Source: a bacterium (GTDB taxonomy: Bacteria > Patescibacteriota > Minisyncoccia > Phycocordibacterales > UBA9973). Taken from it: a stretch of DNA of 64,000 nt. The stretch covers positions 78,607-142,606 of the forward strand of contig JBAXXQ010000001.1 of NCBI GenBank assembly GCA_037127795.1, in the 5' to 3' direction. The notes below the pieces were generated by a model. That model ran no database searches, had not been told where the DNA came from, and saw only the letters and a list, made by a program, of their open reading frames with translations. The position numbers and the translations under genes were made by a program. How positions within the stretch are numbered: the first letter of the stretch is position 1; each line of letters opens with the position of its first letter. Shown in pieces: positions 27,742 to 36,674 of the stretch.

Positions 27742-28279
27742 GTAACAATTGCAAAGCAATAGTGATTTGTTTTTGGATAGGGAGCGTATCGTCTATATTT
27801 TGTACGACGTCGCGTATTTGGGTATCTCTATATCCGAGACTCATGAGTGCTTCTACAAGATCGCTCTTCGGAGAGCTTGTAGAAAGTGCATAGAGTGCGA
27901 CTTTGTCTTTGAGATCGATCACTACTTTTTCTGCAGTCTTTTTTCCAATACCTGGGACAGATGAAATAGTTTTTGCATCACCTTGTTGTATAGCATGAGC
28001 AAGGGTACCGATAGGGTAGAGAGAAAGCATGGCAAATGCGCTACGTGGACCAATACCAGAAACACCCAACAAGAGCCCAAAGAAATTGCGCGCCTCTGTT
28101 GTCGCAAAACCAAAGAGCTCTTGCGAGTCTTCTTTGACTATAAAGTGTGTGTAGAGGGTTGCTTCAGAATCAAGTGGGAAGCTTTCTGTGGTATGGACAA
28201 AATAACCAAGCCCTCCACAATCGAGTACCACCCCTTTTTCTTCTACGGCGACTACGCGCCCTCTGATTTGATATATCAT
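27734..28279 (-). CDS. ruvA: Holliday junction DNA helicase subunit RuvA
   Basis: MIYQIRGRVV N-terminus (OB domain), HhH motifs GIGPRSAFAML and VPGIGKKTAEKV; ORF-track start at 28369 is probably an upstream over-extension. Confidence 0.85.
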   Translation of the reverse strand: MIYQIRGRVVAVEEKGVVLDCGGLGYFVHTTESFPLDSEATLYTHFIVKEDSQELFGFATTEARNFFGLLLGVSGIGPRSAFAMLSLYPIGTLAHAIQQGDAKTISSVPGIGKKTAEKVVIDLKDKVALYALSTSSPKSDLVEALMSLGYRDTQIRDVVQNIDDTLPIQKQITIALQLLQK

Positions 28280-28336
28280 GCCTATATCATACCAAGTCTT
28301 GCGTATTTGGCATACTTTTGGTACTATACAAGAACT

Positions 28337-28603
28337 ATGCCTATCACAAGAAATGCTAAAAAAGCACATCGAGTATCTGTTAAAAAAGCAGCAGCAAACA
28401 CTCGTACCAAAAAAGTATTAAAAGAAGGGGTTAAAAAGGTGCAAAAGCTTGCCCTAGATAAGAAATTTGCAGAAGCAAAACTCTCTCTATCTGCTGCATA
28501 CTCTGTTATCGACAAGGCCGCAAAAAACGGTGTTATCAAGAAAAACACCGCAAGTCGCCGCAAAGCAATGCTTTCACGAACTGCAAAAGAGAAAAAAGCA
28601 TAA
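28337..28603 (+). CDS. rpsT: 30S ribosomal protein S20
   Basis: MPITRNAKKAHRVSVKKAAANTRTKK...; 88 aa basic protein; ORF-track 27983 start is an over-extension. Confidence 0.85.
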   Translation: MPITRNAKKAHRVSVKKAAANTRTKKVLKEGVKKVQKLALDKKFAEAKLSLSAAYSVIDKAAKNGVIKKNTASRRKAMLSRTAKEKKA

Positions 28604-28621
28604 ACACTCTATACATAAACA

Positions 28622-28648
28622 AATCGTCTTCGGACGGTTTTTTTATTT
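28622..28648 (+). terminator. rho-independent terminator after rpsT
   Basis: cgtcTTCGgacggttttttt. Confidence 0.6.
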
Positions 28649-28669
28649 GGAATACGGTATACTGTAGAT

Positions 28670-28933
28670 ATGTTATACGAATTTTATGGAGAAGAATGTC
28701 CTCACTGCCAGCGCATGCTCAAGCTTACGGCAAAGCTTATGGAAGAATTTCCACAAGTGCATATAGAGCGCAAAGAAATTTGGCACAATAAAGAAAATAT
28801 GGAGCTTATCAAAAAGTGTGATGTTGATGATGCATGCGGGGGTATTCCTTTTTATTACAATGATCAAAATCCTAGTGTTTGGCTTTGCGGGGAAGTCACT
28901 TATGCTGAATTAAAAAAGTGGGCTGGGGTGTAG
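28670..28933 (+). CDS. thioredoxin/glutaredoxin-like small protein (CPHC)
   Basis: YGEECPHCQ active-site motif, 87 aa. Confidence 0.5.
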   Translation: MLYEFYGEECPHCQRMLKLTAKLMEEFPQVHIERKEIWHNKENMELIKKCDVDDACGGIPFYYNDQNPSVWLCGEVTYAELKKWAGV

Positions 28934-28934
28934 T

Positions 28935-29777
28935 ATGAGATATGTTTGGTATGCAATAGGTATTATATTTTTTTGTATGCCGGTATATGCGCAGGCAAAA
29001 GTGTCTCCACTTGTACTATCTGCGCGCGGTGTTGCTATCTATGGATACAAAAATAATATAGAAACAAGACTGTATCAAAAAAATCAGAACAACTTGTATC
29101 CAGTAGCAAGTATTACAAAGCTCGCTACTGCAAAGGTTGTAGAGGAAACTATTTCAGACTATACAAAAATATATACCAAGAGTCCTATCACTATATTACA
29201 CGCGACTCCAGTAGACACGCTCGCACAAACGAGCTTTTCTCGCGATGATTTGCTCCGCGCATTACTTATCAGCTCGAGTAATGATGCGGCAAATAGTTTT
29301 TGTACCTTTATAGGATATACCAAATGTATGCTACAGATAAATACTTTTTTGCATGATGGTGGCTATACCAAAACAGATTTTATAAATCCACACGGCCTCG
29401 ATCCAGCTCTGCCTACAGATCCACTCAATAGGATGACACCATACAATACTATACATCTTGTGCGCGACATATATACCCACGACCCATTCCTCGCTAGTAT
29501 TCTTTCAGAAAAAGAGTCCGATATCATAGATCAAAAAACTTTTTTGCAAACACATATAATCAGTAGTAATGAAATAAATGCAGACCCGCTATACAAAGAC
29601 AAAATTATTTTGAGCAAGACAGGGCGTACCAATAGGGCGGGGGAGAATATGGTTTTTGTCACTCAAGGAGGAAAGAAATTTGATTATATTGTGGTGGTAT
29701 TTTTTGGATCTCGCAGTCGTGTTGCTGATGGAGAAAAAATCCTTGATTGGTTGGATGTAAATGATGGGGAGTTTTAG
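28935..29777 (+). CDS. D-alanyl-D-alanine carboxypeptidase (peptidase S11, PBP5-like)
   Basis: Signal peptide; SITK (SxxK), SSSND (SxN), KTGRT (KTG). Confidence 0.75.
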   Translation: MRYVWYAIGIIFFCMPVYAQAKVSPLVLSARGVAIYGYKNNIETRLYQKNQNNLYPVASITKLATAKVVEETISDYTKIYTKSPITILHATPVDTLAQTSFSRDDLLRALLISSSNDAANSFCTFIGYTKCMLQINTFLHDGGYTKTDFINPHGLDPALPTDPLNRMTPYNTIHLVRDIYTHDPFLASILSEKESDIIDQKTFLQTHIISSNEINADPLYKDKIILSKTGRTNRAGENMVFVTQGGKKFDYIVVVFFGSRSRVADGEKILDWLDVNDGEF

Positions 29778-29917
29778 GTGTTGCAAAAAGTATTCAGAAG
29801 AGTATTATTCTCTGAAATGTTTTCTTAATTTTAACGATTAAAAAAGGAGGTGCATTATTATGAAAAAAAATAATTAACGAGTTTAGTTTTTTTAAGAGCC
29901 ATAGCTTTTAGCTATAG

Positions 29918-29950
29918 AAAGAGGGACCTTTTTAGGTTCCTCTTGTTTTT
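29918..29950 (+). terminator. hairpin + T-run
   Basis: agagggacctttttaggttcctcttgttttttt. Confidence 0.5.
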
Positions 29951-29952
29951 TT

Positions 29953-30095
29953 GGTAGGGTAGGAATCGCTTCTCGATTCGTTCGAAACAAATCTCTCGGT
30001 AGGAATCGCTTCTCGCCGCTGGTGCGGCTCGAAACAAAAATCTCTCATCGAGATTTTTGCCTACGGTTCGATTCCTACTATCGAAAAACATATAA
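29953..30095. repeat. tandem (2.5x) and inverted partial copies of the 3' end (T-arm/acceptor) of the adjacent tRNA-Arg(GCG)
   Basis: ggtaggaatcgcttctcg...tcgaaacaaa(a)tctctc repeated at 29958 and 30000, matching tctctcggtaggaatcg of the tRNA 3' end; inverted ggttcgattcctac at 30067-30080. Confidence 0.7.
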
Positions 30096-30133
30096 TAAAA
30101 AATACCCACGAACGTGAGTATTTTTTATTATTG

Positions 30134-30205
30134 TCCTCTCGGTAGGAATCGAACCTACATCGCATCTTCCGCAAAGATGCGTCCTATCCATTGAACGACG
30201 AGAGG
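30134..30205 (-). tRNA. tRNA-Arg (anticodon GCG; C1-G72 first pair)
   Basis: Reverse complement CCTCTCGTCGTTCAATGGATAGGACGCATCTTTGCGGAAGATGCGATGTAGGTTCGATTCCTACCGAGAGGA: 7-bp acceptor, D and T arms, anticodon loop UUGCGGA. Confidence 0.7.
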
Positions 30206-30224
30206 ATATGTATTTTTCAAAAGC

Positions 30225-30680
30225 TTAAAAACCGAGGCGTTCCATTATTTTCACCCCGAATGATTCTCGGAGGAAGCTTTCTTCTGCCTTTGTTTTTATA
30301 GCTTCTCGTACCTGGTCTACAGTGACCCCTTCTAGGTGCAAAACCCGGAGGGAAACAAAGCTTCCAGGGACGAGTAATAATAGCTTATCTGGTTTTTGAC
30401 TTTCGTCAAGCCAGAACTGCTTTATCCCTACAAAAGGGATCATTTCATCATTTACCAAAATACCTTTTTCTTCTATAGAAATAGTGAGCTCGCGAGGCTT
30501 ATGAAAAGACATAATAATCACCGTTGCTCCGGCAATAATGGCAAAAATACCAAAAAAGAGGTTTGAAAGAAGAAAAGATATTATAGCGACTGCGACTGCA
30601 ACAAGCCCTGCATACCAGATCCAGTCTGGATGGCGATCTTTTTCTTCGAATTCAAGTGTTTTCCATGTGAGTGGTTCCAT
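30225..30680 (-). CDS. hypothetical membrane protein
   Basis: Two TM helices then soluble domain; 151 aa. Confidence 0.35.
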   Translation of the reverse strand: MEPLTWKTLEFEEKDRHPDWIWYAGLVAVAVAIISFLLSNLFFGIFAIIAGATVIIMSFHKPRELTISIEEKGILVNDEMIPFVGIKQFWLDESQKPDKLLLLVPGSFVSLRVLHLEGVTVDQVREAIKTKAEESFLRESFGVKIMERLGF

Positions 30681-30747
30681 ATAAAAAGTATATCATCTAT
30701 TGATTTTTCCAGCACCCTCTATATACTCATACTATGAGTTATACAGT

Positions 30748-31761
30748 ATGAATATAGTTTTTTTTGAAACAACGAACGAAGAAAAAGAAATATTAAGTAA
30801 GACATTTGCAGGTTTTTCTGTTACCTGTACAGATAAAAAATTAACAAAAGAGACTGTCGATATGGCGAGTGGTGCAGATATTGTTTCTGTATTTGTGAAT
30901 TCTACTGTGAGTAGTGAAGTGATTGACGCATTACCAAATCTCAAACATATCTCTACTCGATCGACTGGGTACGACCATATAGATAGTGTATATGCAAAGA
31001 CAAAAAATATCAGTGTCTCTACGGTACCATCATATGGATCAGAGACTGTTGCAGAGTTTGCATTTTCATTATTGTTAAACCTTTCTCGCAAGACGAGTGA
31101 TGCGGTACGACAAATTCGCGAAGAAGGAAGTTTTGATATAAGTCATTTTAGAGGATTTGATCTCGCTGGTAAGACTATCGGTGTCCTCGGTACGGGGAGA
31201 ATAGGGAAGCATGTGATTACTATTGCACAAGGTTTTGGTATGAAGGTTGTTGCATTTGATGCGTTTCCAAATACTGCATATGCGACAGAGCAAAATTTCA
31301 CTTACGCACCATTGCACGAAGTACTTGCACAATCTGATGTGGTCACTATTCATACCCCATACAACAAAGATACATTTCATCTGCTCAATAAAGAATCTAT
31401 CGCAAGTATGAAAAAAGGAAGCTATCTTATCAATACTGCTCGCGGAGAGATTGTCGATACTGAAGCGCTCATCTGGGGATTACAAGAGGGTATTATTGCG
31501 GGTGCTGCGCTTGATGTGCTCGAAGGAGAGCGACCACTCAAAGAAGAAGCAGAATTTCTTTTTGCAAAAAGTACTAGCGATGTTTCAAAAGAACAAGAAT
31601 TCAAAATCCTTTTGGAAGATCATATGTTGATGAAAATGCCGCAAGTACTCATCACGCCACACATTGCATTTTCTTCTGTAGAAGCAGAAAACGAAATTCT
31701 CAAAACAACTATAGATAATATTGAAAGCTTTATTCATAACACACCAAAAAATACTATATGA
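30748..31761 (+). CDS. D-isomer-specific 2-hydroxyacid dehydrogenase (D-lactate/phosphoglycerate dehydrogenase family)
   Basis: NAD-binding GVLGTGRIGKHV, catalytic Arg/Glu/His region; start at ATG 30748 (MNIVFFETT). Confidence 0.75.
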   Translation: MNIVFFETTNEEKEILSKTFAGFSVTCTDKKLTKETVDMASGADIVSVFVNSTVSSEVIDALPNLKHISTRSTGYDHIDSVYAKTKNISVSTVPSYGSETVAEFAFSLLLNLSRKTSDAVRQIREEGSFDISHFRGFDLAGKTIGVLGTGRIGKHVITIAQGFGMKVVAFDAFPNTAYATEQNFTYAPLHEVLAQSDVVTIHTPYNKDTFHLLNKESIASMKKGSYLINTARGEIVDTEALIWGLQEGIIAGAALDVLEGERPLKEEAEFLFAKSTSDVSKEQEFKILLEDHMLMKMPQVLITPHIAFSSVEAENEILKTTIDNIESFIHNTPKNTI

Positions 31762-32969
31762 ACAACCTCATAACAAAAGTAAGTGCCGAAGAAATCCTTG
31801 ATTCACGAAATACTCCTACACTCAAAGTCTCTGTCTGGTGTGGCGATATAGAAGGAATTTTTTCTGTACCATCTGGTGCAAGTACTGGTGCGCATGAAGC
31901 ATACGAGCTCCGCGATGAAGGCAAGCATGTCTCTACAGCTATAGCTAATGTAAATACAAAAATACACGAAGCATTGCTTGGGCATGATGTCACAGATCAA
32001 AAAGGAGTTGACGATATATTGCTCGCACTCGACGGGACGCCAAACAAAAAAGTATTGGGAGGTAATGCTATTATCGGGGTGAGTATTGCGTGCGCAAAAG
32101 CTGCAGCACAAGTACAACATGAAGAATTGTTTGCATATTTGAGAACACTTGCAACTATTGCACCTTCTCAAAAAACACCTTTTATATATATGAATATTAT
32201 CAATGGGGGCAAGCATGCAAAAAATGGTTTAGCATTTCAGGAATACCATATCGTGCCACAAGTAGACAGTGTTGTAGAAGCAGTAGAAATGGGTGCTCGT
32301 ATTCAAGAAGTACTTCGTGAAGATATTGTTGCGCAATACGGAGAAGACTCTGTAATACTTGGAGATGAAGGAGGGTTTGCGCCAGCTATACAAAATGTCC
32401 GCGAGCCGCTTGTACTTCTCGTGCAAGCAATAGAAAAAGCAGGGTATACCGGCAAGGTACGACTTGCGCTCGATGTTGCAGCATCTTCATTTTTTGAAAA
32501 TGGTAGCTATGTAGTAGATGGAAAAAATCTCACTCCTGACGAATTGTATGAATTGTATGAATCACTCATTGCAGAATTTAATCTATTTTCAGTTGAGGAT
32601 CCTTTTGATGAAGAAGACTTTGCGTCATTTACCAAACTCCATGCACAATACCCAAATCTTTTTGTAGTAGGGGATGATCTCACGGTGACAAATACTGAGC
32701 GCCTTGGTCTCGCAATAGAAAGAAAGAGTATCAATGCAATGATTATCAAACCAAACCAAGTAGGTTCACTGTCTGAGACATTGGCGACTATGGCTATGGC
32801 GCGAGCACATGATGTGCACCTTATTGTCAGCCATCGTAGTGGAGAAACAGATGATACCTTTATCGCAGATCTTGCATATGCATTTGGTTGTTTCGGATTG
32901 AAGTCTGGTGCACCTCGCAAGACAGAGCGAAAGGTAAAGTACGATAGATTAGAAAAAATTTCACAATAA
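31758..32969 (+). CDS. eno: enolase (phosphopyruvate hydratase)
   Basis: SGASTGAHEAYELRD and downstream metal-binding/catalytic motifs; 403 aa. Confidence 0.9.
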   Translation: MNNLITKVSAEEILDSRNTPTLKVSVWCGDIEGIFSVPSGASTGAHEAYELRDEGKHVSTAIANVNTKIHEALLGHDVTDQKGVDDILLALDGTPNKKVLGGNAIIGVSIACAKAAAQVQHEELFAYLRTLATIAPSQKTPFIYMNIINGGKHAKNGLAFQEYHIVPQVDSVVEAVEMGARIQEVLREDIVAQYGEDSVILGDEGGFAPAIQNVREPLVLLVQAIEKAGYTGKVRLALDVAASSFFENGSYVVDGKNLTPDELYELYESLIAEFNLFSVEDPFDEEDFASFTKLHAQYPNLFVVGDDLTVTNTERLGLAIERKSINAMIIKPNQVGSLSETLATMAMARAHDVHLIVSHRSGETDDTFIADLAYAFGCFGLKSGAPRKTERKVKYDRLEKISQ

Positions 32970-32972
32970 TAT

Positions 32973-33776
32973 ATGAATAAAAAAGCACAAATTGTCGCAA
33001 CGGTAGGTCCTAGTAGTAAAAGTGTCGAAGTGCTTCGTGCAATGATTGCAGGAGGTATGAATGTTGTGCGGTTGAATTTTTCTTGGGGGAGCTATGAAGA
33101 GCATGCACAATATATTCATGATGTGCGCATACTCGCGCAAGAAATGGGCGTGCATATTCCTATTATCCAAGATCTCTCTGGTCCTCGTATCCAAGAAACA
33201 CATGGGCACGAATTTGATATACATGCCGTGACCGATATCACAGAAAAAGATATGAAAGATTTGTCTTTTGGTCTTTCTCAAAATGTAGATTATGTTGCAC
33301 TTTCTTTTGTAGGAAATGCGGGTGATATAGTGCAGTTGAAAAAGCTTATACAAGATGCAGGAAAGAGTACTCCTGTCATTGCAAAAATTGAGCGCGCTAT
33401 AGCATTGCAAAATATCGATGAGATTATTGCGGCGACAGATGCAGTAATGATTGCTCGTGGCGATCTCGGTAATGAAATGCCTTTAGAAAAAATTCCTTTT
33501 ATAGAAAAAACACTCATTGCAAAATGCAAAGCTGCTGGCAAGCCTGTAATCACAGCAACACAAATGATGCTCTCAATGACCAAGAGTCCTACTCCAACCC
33601 GTGCTGAAGTGACCGATGTTGCATATGCAATATTGAATGGCTCAGATGCAGTGATGCTTTCTGAAGAAAGTGCAAACGGCGAGCACCCTGTAGAAGCTGT
33701 GTCTATGATGAATCGTATTATCGCAGAAGCAGAGACACATATAGCTCCTGATACCGTTTTTCACCCGCTCGTGTAA
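32973..33776 (+). CDS. pyk: minimal pyruvate kinase-like protein (A/barrel domain only; B lid and C domain absent)
   Basis: IVATVGPSS, GMNVVRLNFSWG, MIARGDLGNE, TQMMLSM...PTRAEVTDVAYA...DAVMLSEESANGEHP conserved; only 267 aa. Confidence 0.65.
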   Translation: MNKKAQIVATVGPSSKSVEVLRAMIAGGMNVVRLNFSWGSYEEHAQYIHDVRILAQEMGVHIPIIQDLSGPRIQETHGHEFDIHAVTDITEKDMKDLSFGLSQNVDYVALSFVGNAGDIVQLKKLIQDAGKSTPVIAKIERAIALQNIDEIIAATDAVMIARGDLGNEMPLEKIPFIEKTLIAKCKAAGKPVITATQMMLSMTKSPTPTRAEVTDVAYAILNGSDAVMLSEESANGEHPVEAVSMMNRIIAEAETHIAPDTVFHPLV

Positions 33777-33788
33777 TAATATCCCTAT

Positions 33789-34898
33789 ATGATCAAGACC
33801 CGAAACAAAATATTGCATTTTTTGTACACAAAAGCTGCAAAACCGTTGTTTTTTAAGGTAGACCCTGAAACACTCCACGACCATATGGTCGTTTCTGGGG
33901 TGTTTTTGGGTAGATACCGCATAACTAGGGCACTTACAGGCTTATTGTTTGATTACGCGCATCCTATGCTCGCACAGGACATTTTAGGGGTGCATTTCTC
34001 AAATCCTATAGGCCTTTCTGCGGGATTTGATAAAAACGGAGAACTTACTAATATTTTACCCTTTGTTGGATTTGGGTTTGCTGAGCTTGGATCGGTGACA
34101 GGGTTTCGCTGTGCAGGGAATCCCAAGCCTCGTTTGTGGCGTCTCCCGCAGTCTCGGGGGCTCGTCGTGTATTACGGACTCAAAAATGATGGGGCAGAAA
34201 GTATTGCAAAAAAACTTTCAAATAAGAAATTCAAAAATCGTATCGGTATCAGTGTGGCGATGACCAACTGCAAAGAAAACAATGATATACCGACAGCGGT
34301 AGAGGATTACAAAAAAGCATTTGGGAGTTTTCTTGAAATTGGTGATTATATAACCATCAATATTAGTTGCCCCAATACTATGGGAGGGCAGCCATTTATA
34401 TTGCCAGAAAATTTGGAATTACTCCTCGCAGGTATCGATACTATTGCTACACAAAAACCAATTTTTATAAAACTATCTCCTGATATGAATCATGACCAGA
34501 TAGATATTGTCCTCGATATTGCAAAACATCATCGCGTGCACGGTATTATTTGTACCAATCTCACCAAAAAACGAGACAACCCACTCTTGCTCGATAGTGA
34601 TATTCCGACTGTTGGGGGGATTAGTGGGGTCCCTGTTGCAGGGCTTGCCGATGATATGATTGCGTATATTTATAAAAAAGAAAAAGATCGTTTTGTACTT
34701 ATAGGTGTCGGTGGGGTATTTTCTGCAGAAGATGCATACAAAAAAATCCGTAACGGGGCAAGTCTTATACAAATTATTACTGGAATGATTTTTGAAGGAC
34801 CGCAATTGATAAGTGAAATAAATCGCGGCCTTGTCGAATTACTAAAAAAAGACGGTTTTGCCAATATATCCGAAGCGGTGGGTGTTGATGTATACTAG
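33789..34898 (+). CDS. pyrD: dihydroorotate dehydrogenase (class 2, quinone-type)
   Basis: N-terminal extension, LSAGFDKNGE, GFGFAELGSVT, KLSPD, GGI/GG motifs. Confidence 0.85.
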   Translation: MIKTRNKILHFLYTKAAKPLFFKVDPETLHDHMVVSGVFLGRYRITRALTGLLFDYAHPMLAQDILGVHFSNPIGLSAGFDKNGELTNILPFVGFGFAELGSVTGFRCAGNPKPRLWRLPQSRGLVVYYGLKNDGAESIAKKLSNKKFKNRIGISVAMTNCKENNDIPTAVEDYKKAFGSFLEIGDYITINISCPNTMGGQPFILPENLELLLAGIDTIATQKPIFIKLSPDMNHDQIDIVLDIAKHHRVHGIICTNLTKKRDNPLLLDSDIPTVGGISGVPVAGLADDMIAYIYKKEKDRFVLIGVGGVFSAEDAYKKIRNGASLIQIITGMIFEGPQLISEINRGLVELLKKDGFANISEAVGVDVY

Positions 34899-34903
34899 TA
34901 CTT

Positions 34904-35557
34904 ATGGAAGAAACACACACAGGAAAACTCATCATTGTCCGCCACCAAGAATCTGAATGGAATAAGCTTGGGCTTTGGACTGGCGTACACGATACAAGTC
35001 TCACACCGTATGGATTCAAAGAATCAGAAGCTGCAGGGAAGTGTATTCGAGATGTTTCTTTTAATTACGCATTTGCGTCTATGTATGTGCGCACTATCGA
35101 GACACTCGCATCTATTTTGAATGTATGTCTCACTGATGCAGAAAAAAAGAAAGTACACATAGAGCATCGCGCCGAGCTCAATGAGCGCGACTATGGTGAC
35201 TATACTGGCAAAAACAAATGGGATATGGAGAAGCTCCTCGGAGAAGAAGCTTTTGTAGAGCTTCGTCGCGCATGGGATTATCCGGTACCCAATGGCGAAA
35301 CACTCAAGATGGTATATGAGCGCGTAGTACCTTTTTATACAGCAACTATCGTACCACTCCTTCAAGCAGGTAATAATGTCCTCATTGTATCTCATGGCAA
35401 TACTATCCGTGCCCTTACCAAATATATAGAACGTATTTCAGATACAGAGATTGCAAATGTAGAAATGCTTTTTGGGCAAGTGGTTATTTATACGACAGAT
35501 ACAGATGGGCACATGCTCACCAAACAAATTCGTATTATCGAAGGCGTGAAAGAATAA
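34904..35557 (+). CDS. gpmA: 2,3-bisphosphoglycerate-dependent phosphoglycerate mutase (histidine phosphatase family)
   Basis: LIIVRHQESEWN (RHGE-S-xWN), later VSHGNTIRAL. Confidence 0.75.
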   Translation: MEETHTGKLIIVRHQESEWNKLGLWTGVHDTSLTPYGFKESEAAGKCIRDVSFNYAFASMYVRTIETLASILNVCLTDAEKKKVHIEHRAELNERDYGDYTGKNKWDMEKLLGEEAFVELRRAWDYPVPNGETLKMVYERVVPFYTATIVPLLQAGNNVLIVSHGNTIRALTKYIERISDTEIANVEMLFGQVVIYTTDTDGHMLTKQIRIIEGVKE

Positions 35558-35761
35558 TTACTGTGTGAGGTTTTGAATATTGCCCACGTAGTTTGCCATA
35601 AAAGAGGGGATCGCAAATACGAGCCCAATGAGAGGAAGTACAAAAAGTGCGACAGTGATGATCATAGTCCATTTAAAATACTTTCGGGTCTTTTCTACTG
35701 ATGCATATACTGCATCTATTTTTTTACTAAGTTCTTCAATTTTTTGTTCAGTGTTTTCCAT
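35558..35761 (-). CDS. small membrane protein (hypothetical)
   Basis: 67 aa, coiled N-term + TM helix. Confidence 0.35.
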   Translation of the reverse strand: MENTEQKIEELSKKIDAVYASVEKTRKYFKWTMIITVALFVLPLIGLVFAIPSFMANYVGNIQNLTQ

Positions 35762-35785
35762 AGAGATAAGTATATAAGTAATAAA

Positions 35786-36061
35786 TTAAAATAACCAATT
35801 TAGACTAGGTACTGATTTAATTTTTTCATCATAAATATTTCGATTTTTTTTATTTAACCAAGGAGAATTTTTGTCGTTATATATGAAAAAGGTATCATTA
35901 TGTTCATTAGTTTTAATTAAGGTAATTTCTTTTTCTGTTATTGTTATATCATTTTGAATAGTTACGTAGTCTCTATTAAAACAAATATATTTATTTGATT
36001 CTATTTTTTTAAAACCATAGGGCATTTTTTCTCGGTAAAGCTTCTCGATAGATTTCTGCAT
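35786..36061 (-). CDS. hypothetical protein
   Basis: 91-aa ORF. Confidence 0.3.
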   Translation of the reverse strand: MQKSIEKLYREKMPYGFKKIESNKYICFNRDYVTIQNDITITEKEITLIKTNEHNDTFFIYNDKNSPWLNKKNRNIYDEKIKSVPSLNWLF

Positions 36062-36075
36062 ATTTTTATAAAAAA

Positions 36076-36273
36076 TTACTTTATACCTACGATTTTTTTA
36101 ACCTTATCGCTTTTTTTACCGTCTTTCCATAGGTGGGTTTTACCAAGACCGCTACTTACAGTTATTATAATAATAAGTGGAAACCAATAGTGACTATCAA
36201 TAGATCCCGCAAAAGATATATAGACTATAGTATATATTAAGACACAGGTTATTGTAATAGATATTTTGTTCAT
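36076..36273 (-). CDS. small membrane protein (hypothetical)
   Basis: 65 aa, two hydrophobic segments. Confidence 0.3.
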   Translation of the reverse strand: MNKISITITCVLIYTIVYISFAGSIDSHYWFPLIIIITVSSGLGKTHLWKDGKKSDKVKKIVGIK

Positions 36274-36386
36274 ATAATTTAGTATATTTCTTTATTATAT
36301 AAAAATCAATCAATACAACAATATTGGTGAGATTCGGTCACGAATCACTAAATATTTTTATTCATAAAATTCTAAAAATATAAAGT

Positions 36387-36466
36387 GTTCGCGACCCCGC
36401 CTCAGCGCTGTATCGCCTCCCAGGCGCGCGCTTCCGGTTTTCTCATATCGCACATTCCGAGTAGAT
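36387..36466 (+). ncRNA. candidate small structured RNA (unclassified), GC-rich core 36387-36437
   Basis: ~75% GC over 51 nt (gttcgcgaccccgcctcagcgctgtatcgcctcccaggcgcgcgcttccgg) in an AT-rich genome; alternative cgcc/ggcg pairings; followed by terminator. Confidence 0.25.
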
Positions 36467-36467
36467 A

Positions 36468-36505
36468 CTAAAAAACACTATCAGAAGATAGTGTTTTTTA
36501 GTATT
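36468..36505. terminator. bidirectional terminator (candidate sRNA / tRNA-Ser)
   Basis: aaaaaacactatcagaagatagtgtttttt perfect 9-bp stem. Confidence 0.75.
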
Positions 36506-36506
36506 G

Positions 36507-36593
36507 CGGAGGTGGTGAGATTCGAACTCACGGTACGGTTCCCCATACGACTGTTTTCAAGACAGTTGCCTTCAACCACTCAGCCACACCTCC
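36507..36593 (-). tRNA. tRNA-Ser (anticodon UGA), long variable arm
   Basis: Reverse complement GGAGGTGTGGCTGAGTGGTTGAAGGCAACTGTCTTGAAAACAGTCGTATGGGGAACCGTACCGTGAGTTCGAATCTCACCACCTCCG. Confidence 0.85.
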
Positions 36594-36674
36594 TTGTGTT
36601 TCTTCGTTGAGTGGAGTAATCCTATAGTATCATAATCACCAAATTTTTCAATCTTTGTGCTAGTATTGGTATAT

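Noticed and set aside
27983-28336. Long N-terminal extension of the S20 ORF (27983-28603)
   Set aside because: The extension is antisense to ruvA. The conserved S20 sequence begins at MPITRNAKK (28337).
29851-29880. Mini-ORF MKKNN with perfect AGGAGG Shine-Dalgarno
   Set aside because: It encodes only 5 codons and has no downstream plus-strand gene to attenuate. It may be a relic and is noted only within the tRNA-Arg hotspot finding.
29953-30050. Possible CRISPR array from tandem repeats
   Set aside because: There are only ~2.5 copies, the units are tRNA-derived and unequal in length, and there are no cas genes. They are better explained as tRNA 3'-end scars.
36387-36466. Assignment of the GC-rich element as SRP RNA, tmRNA or RNase P RNA
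   Set aside because: Manual comparison with E. coli 4.5S helix-8 (GGUCCGGAAGGAAGCAGC), tmRNA ends and RNase P P4 found no convincing match, so it is left unclassified.
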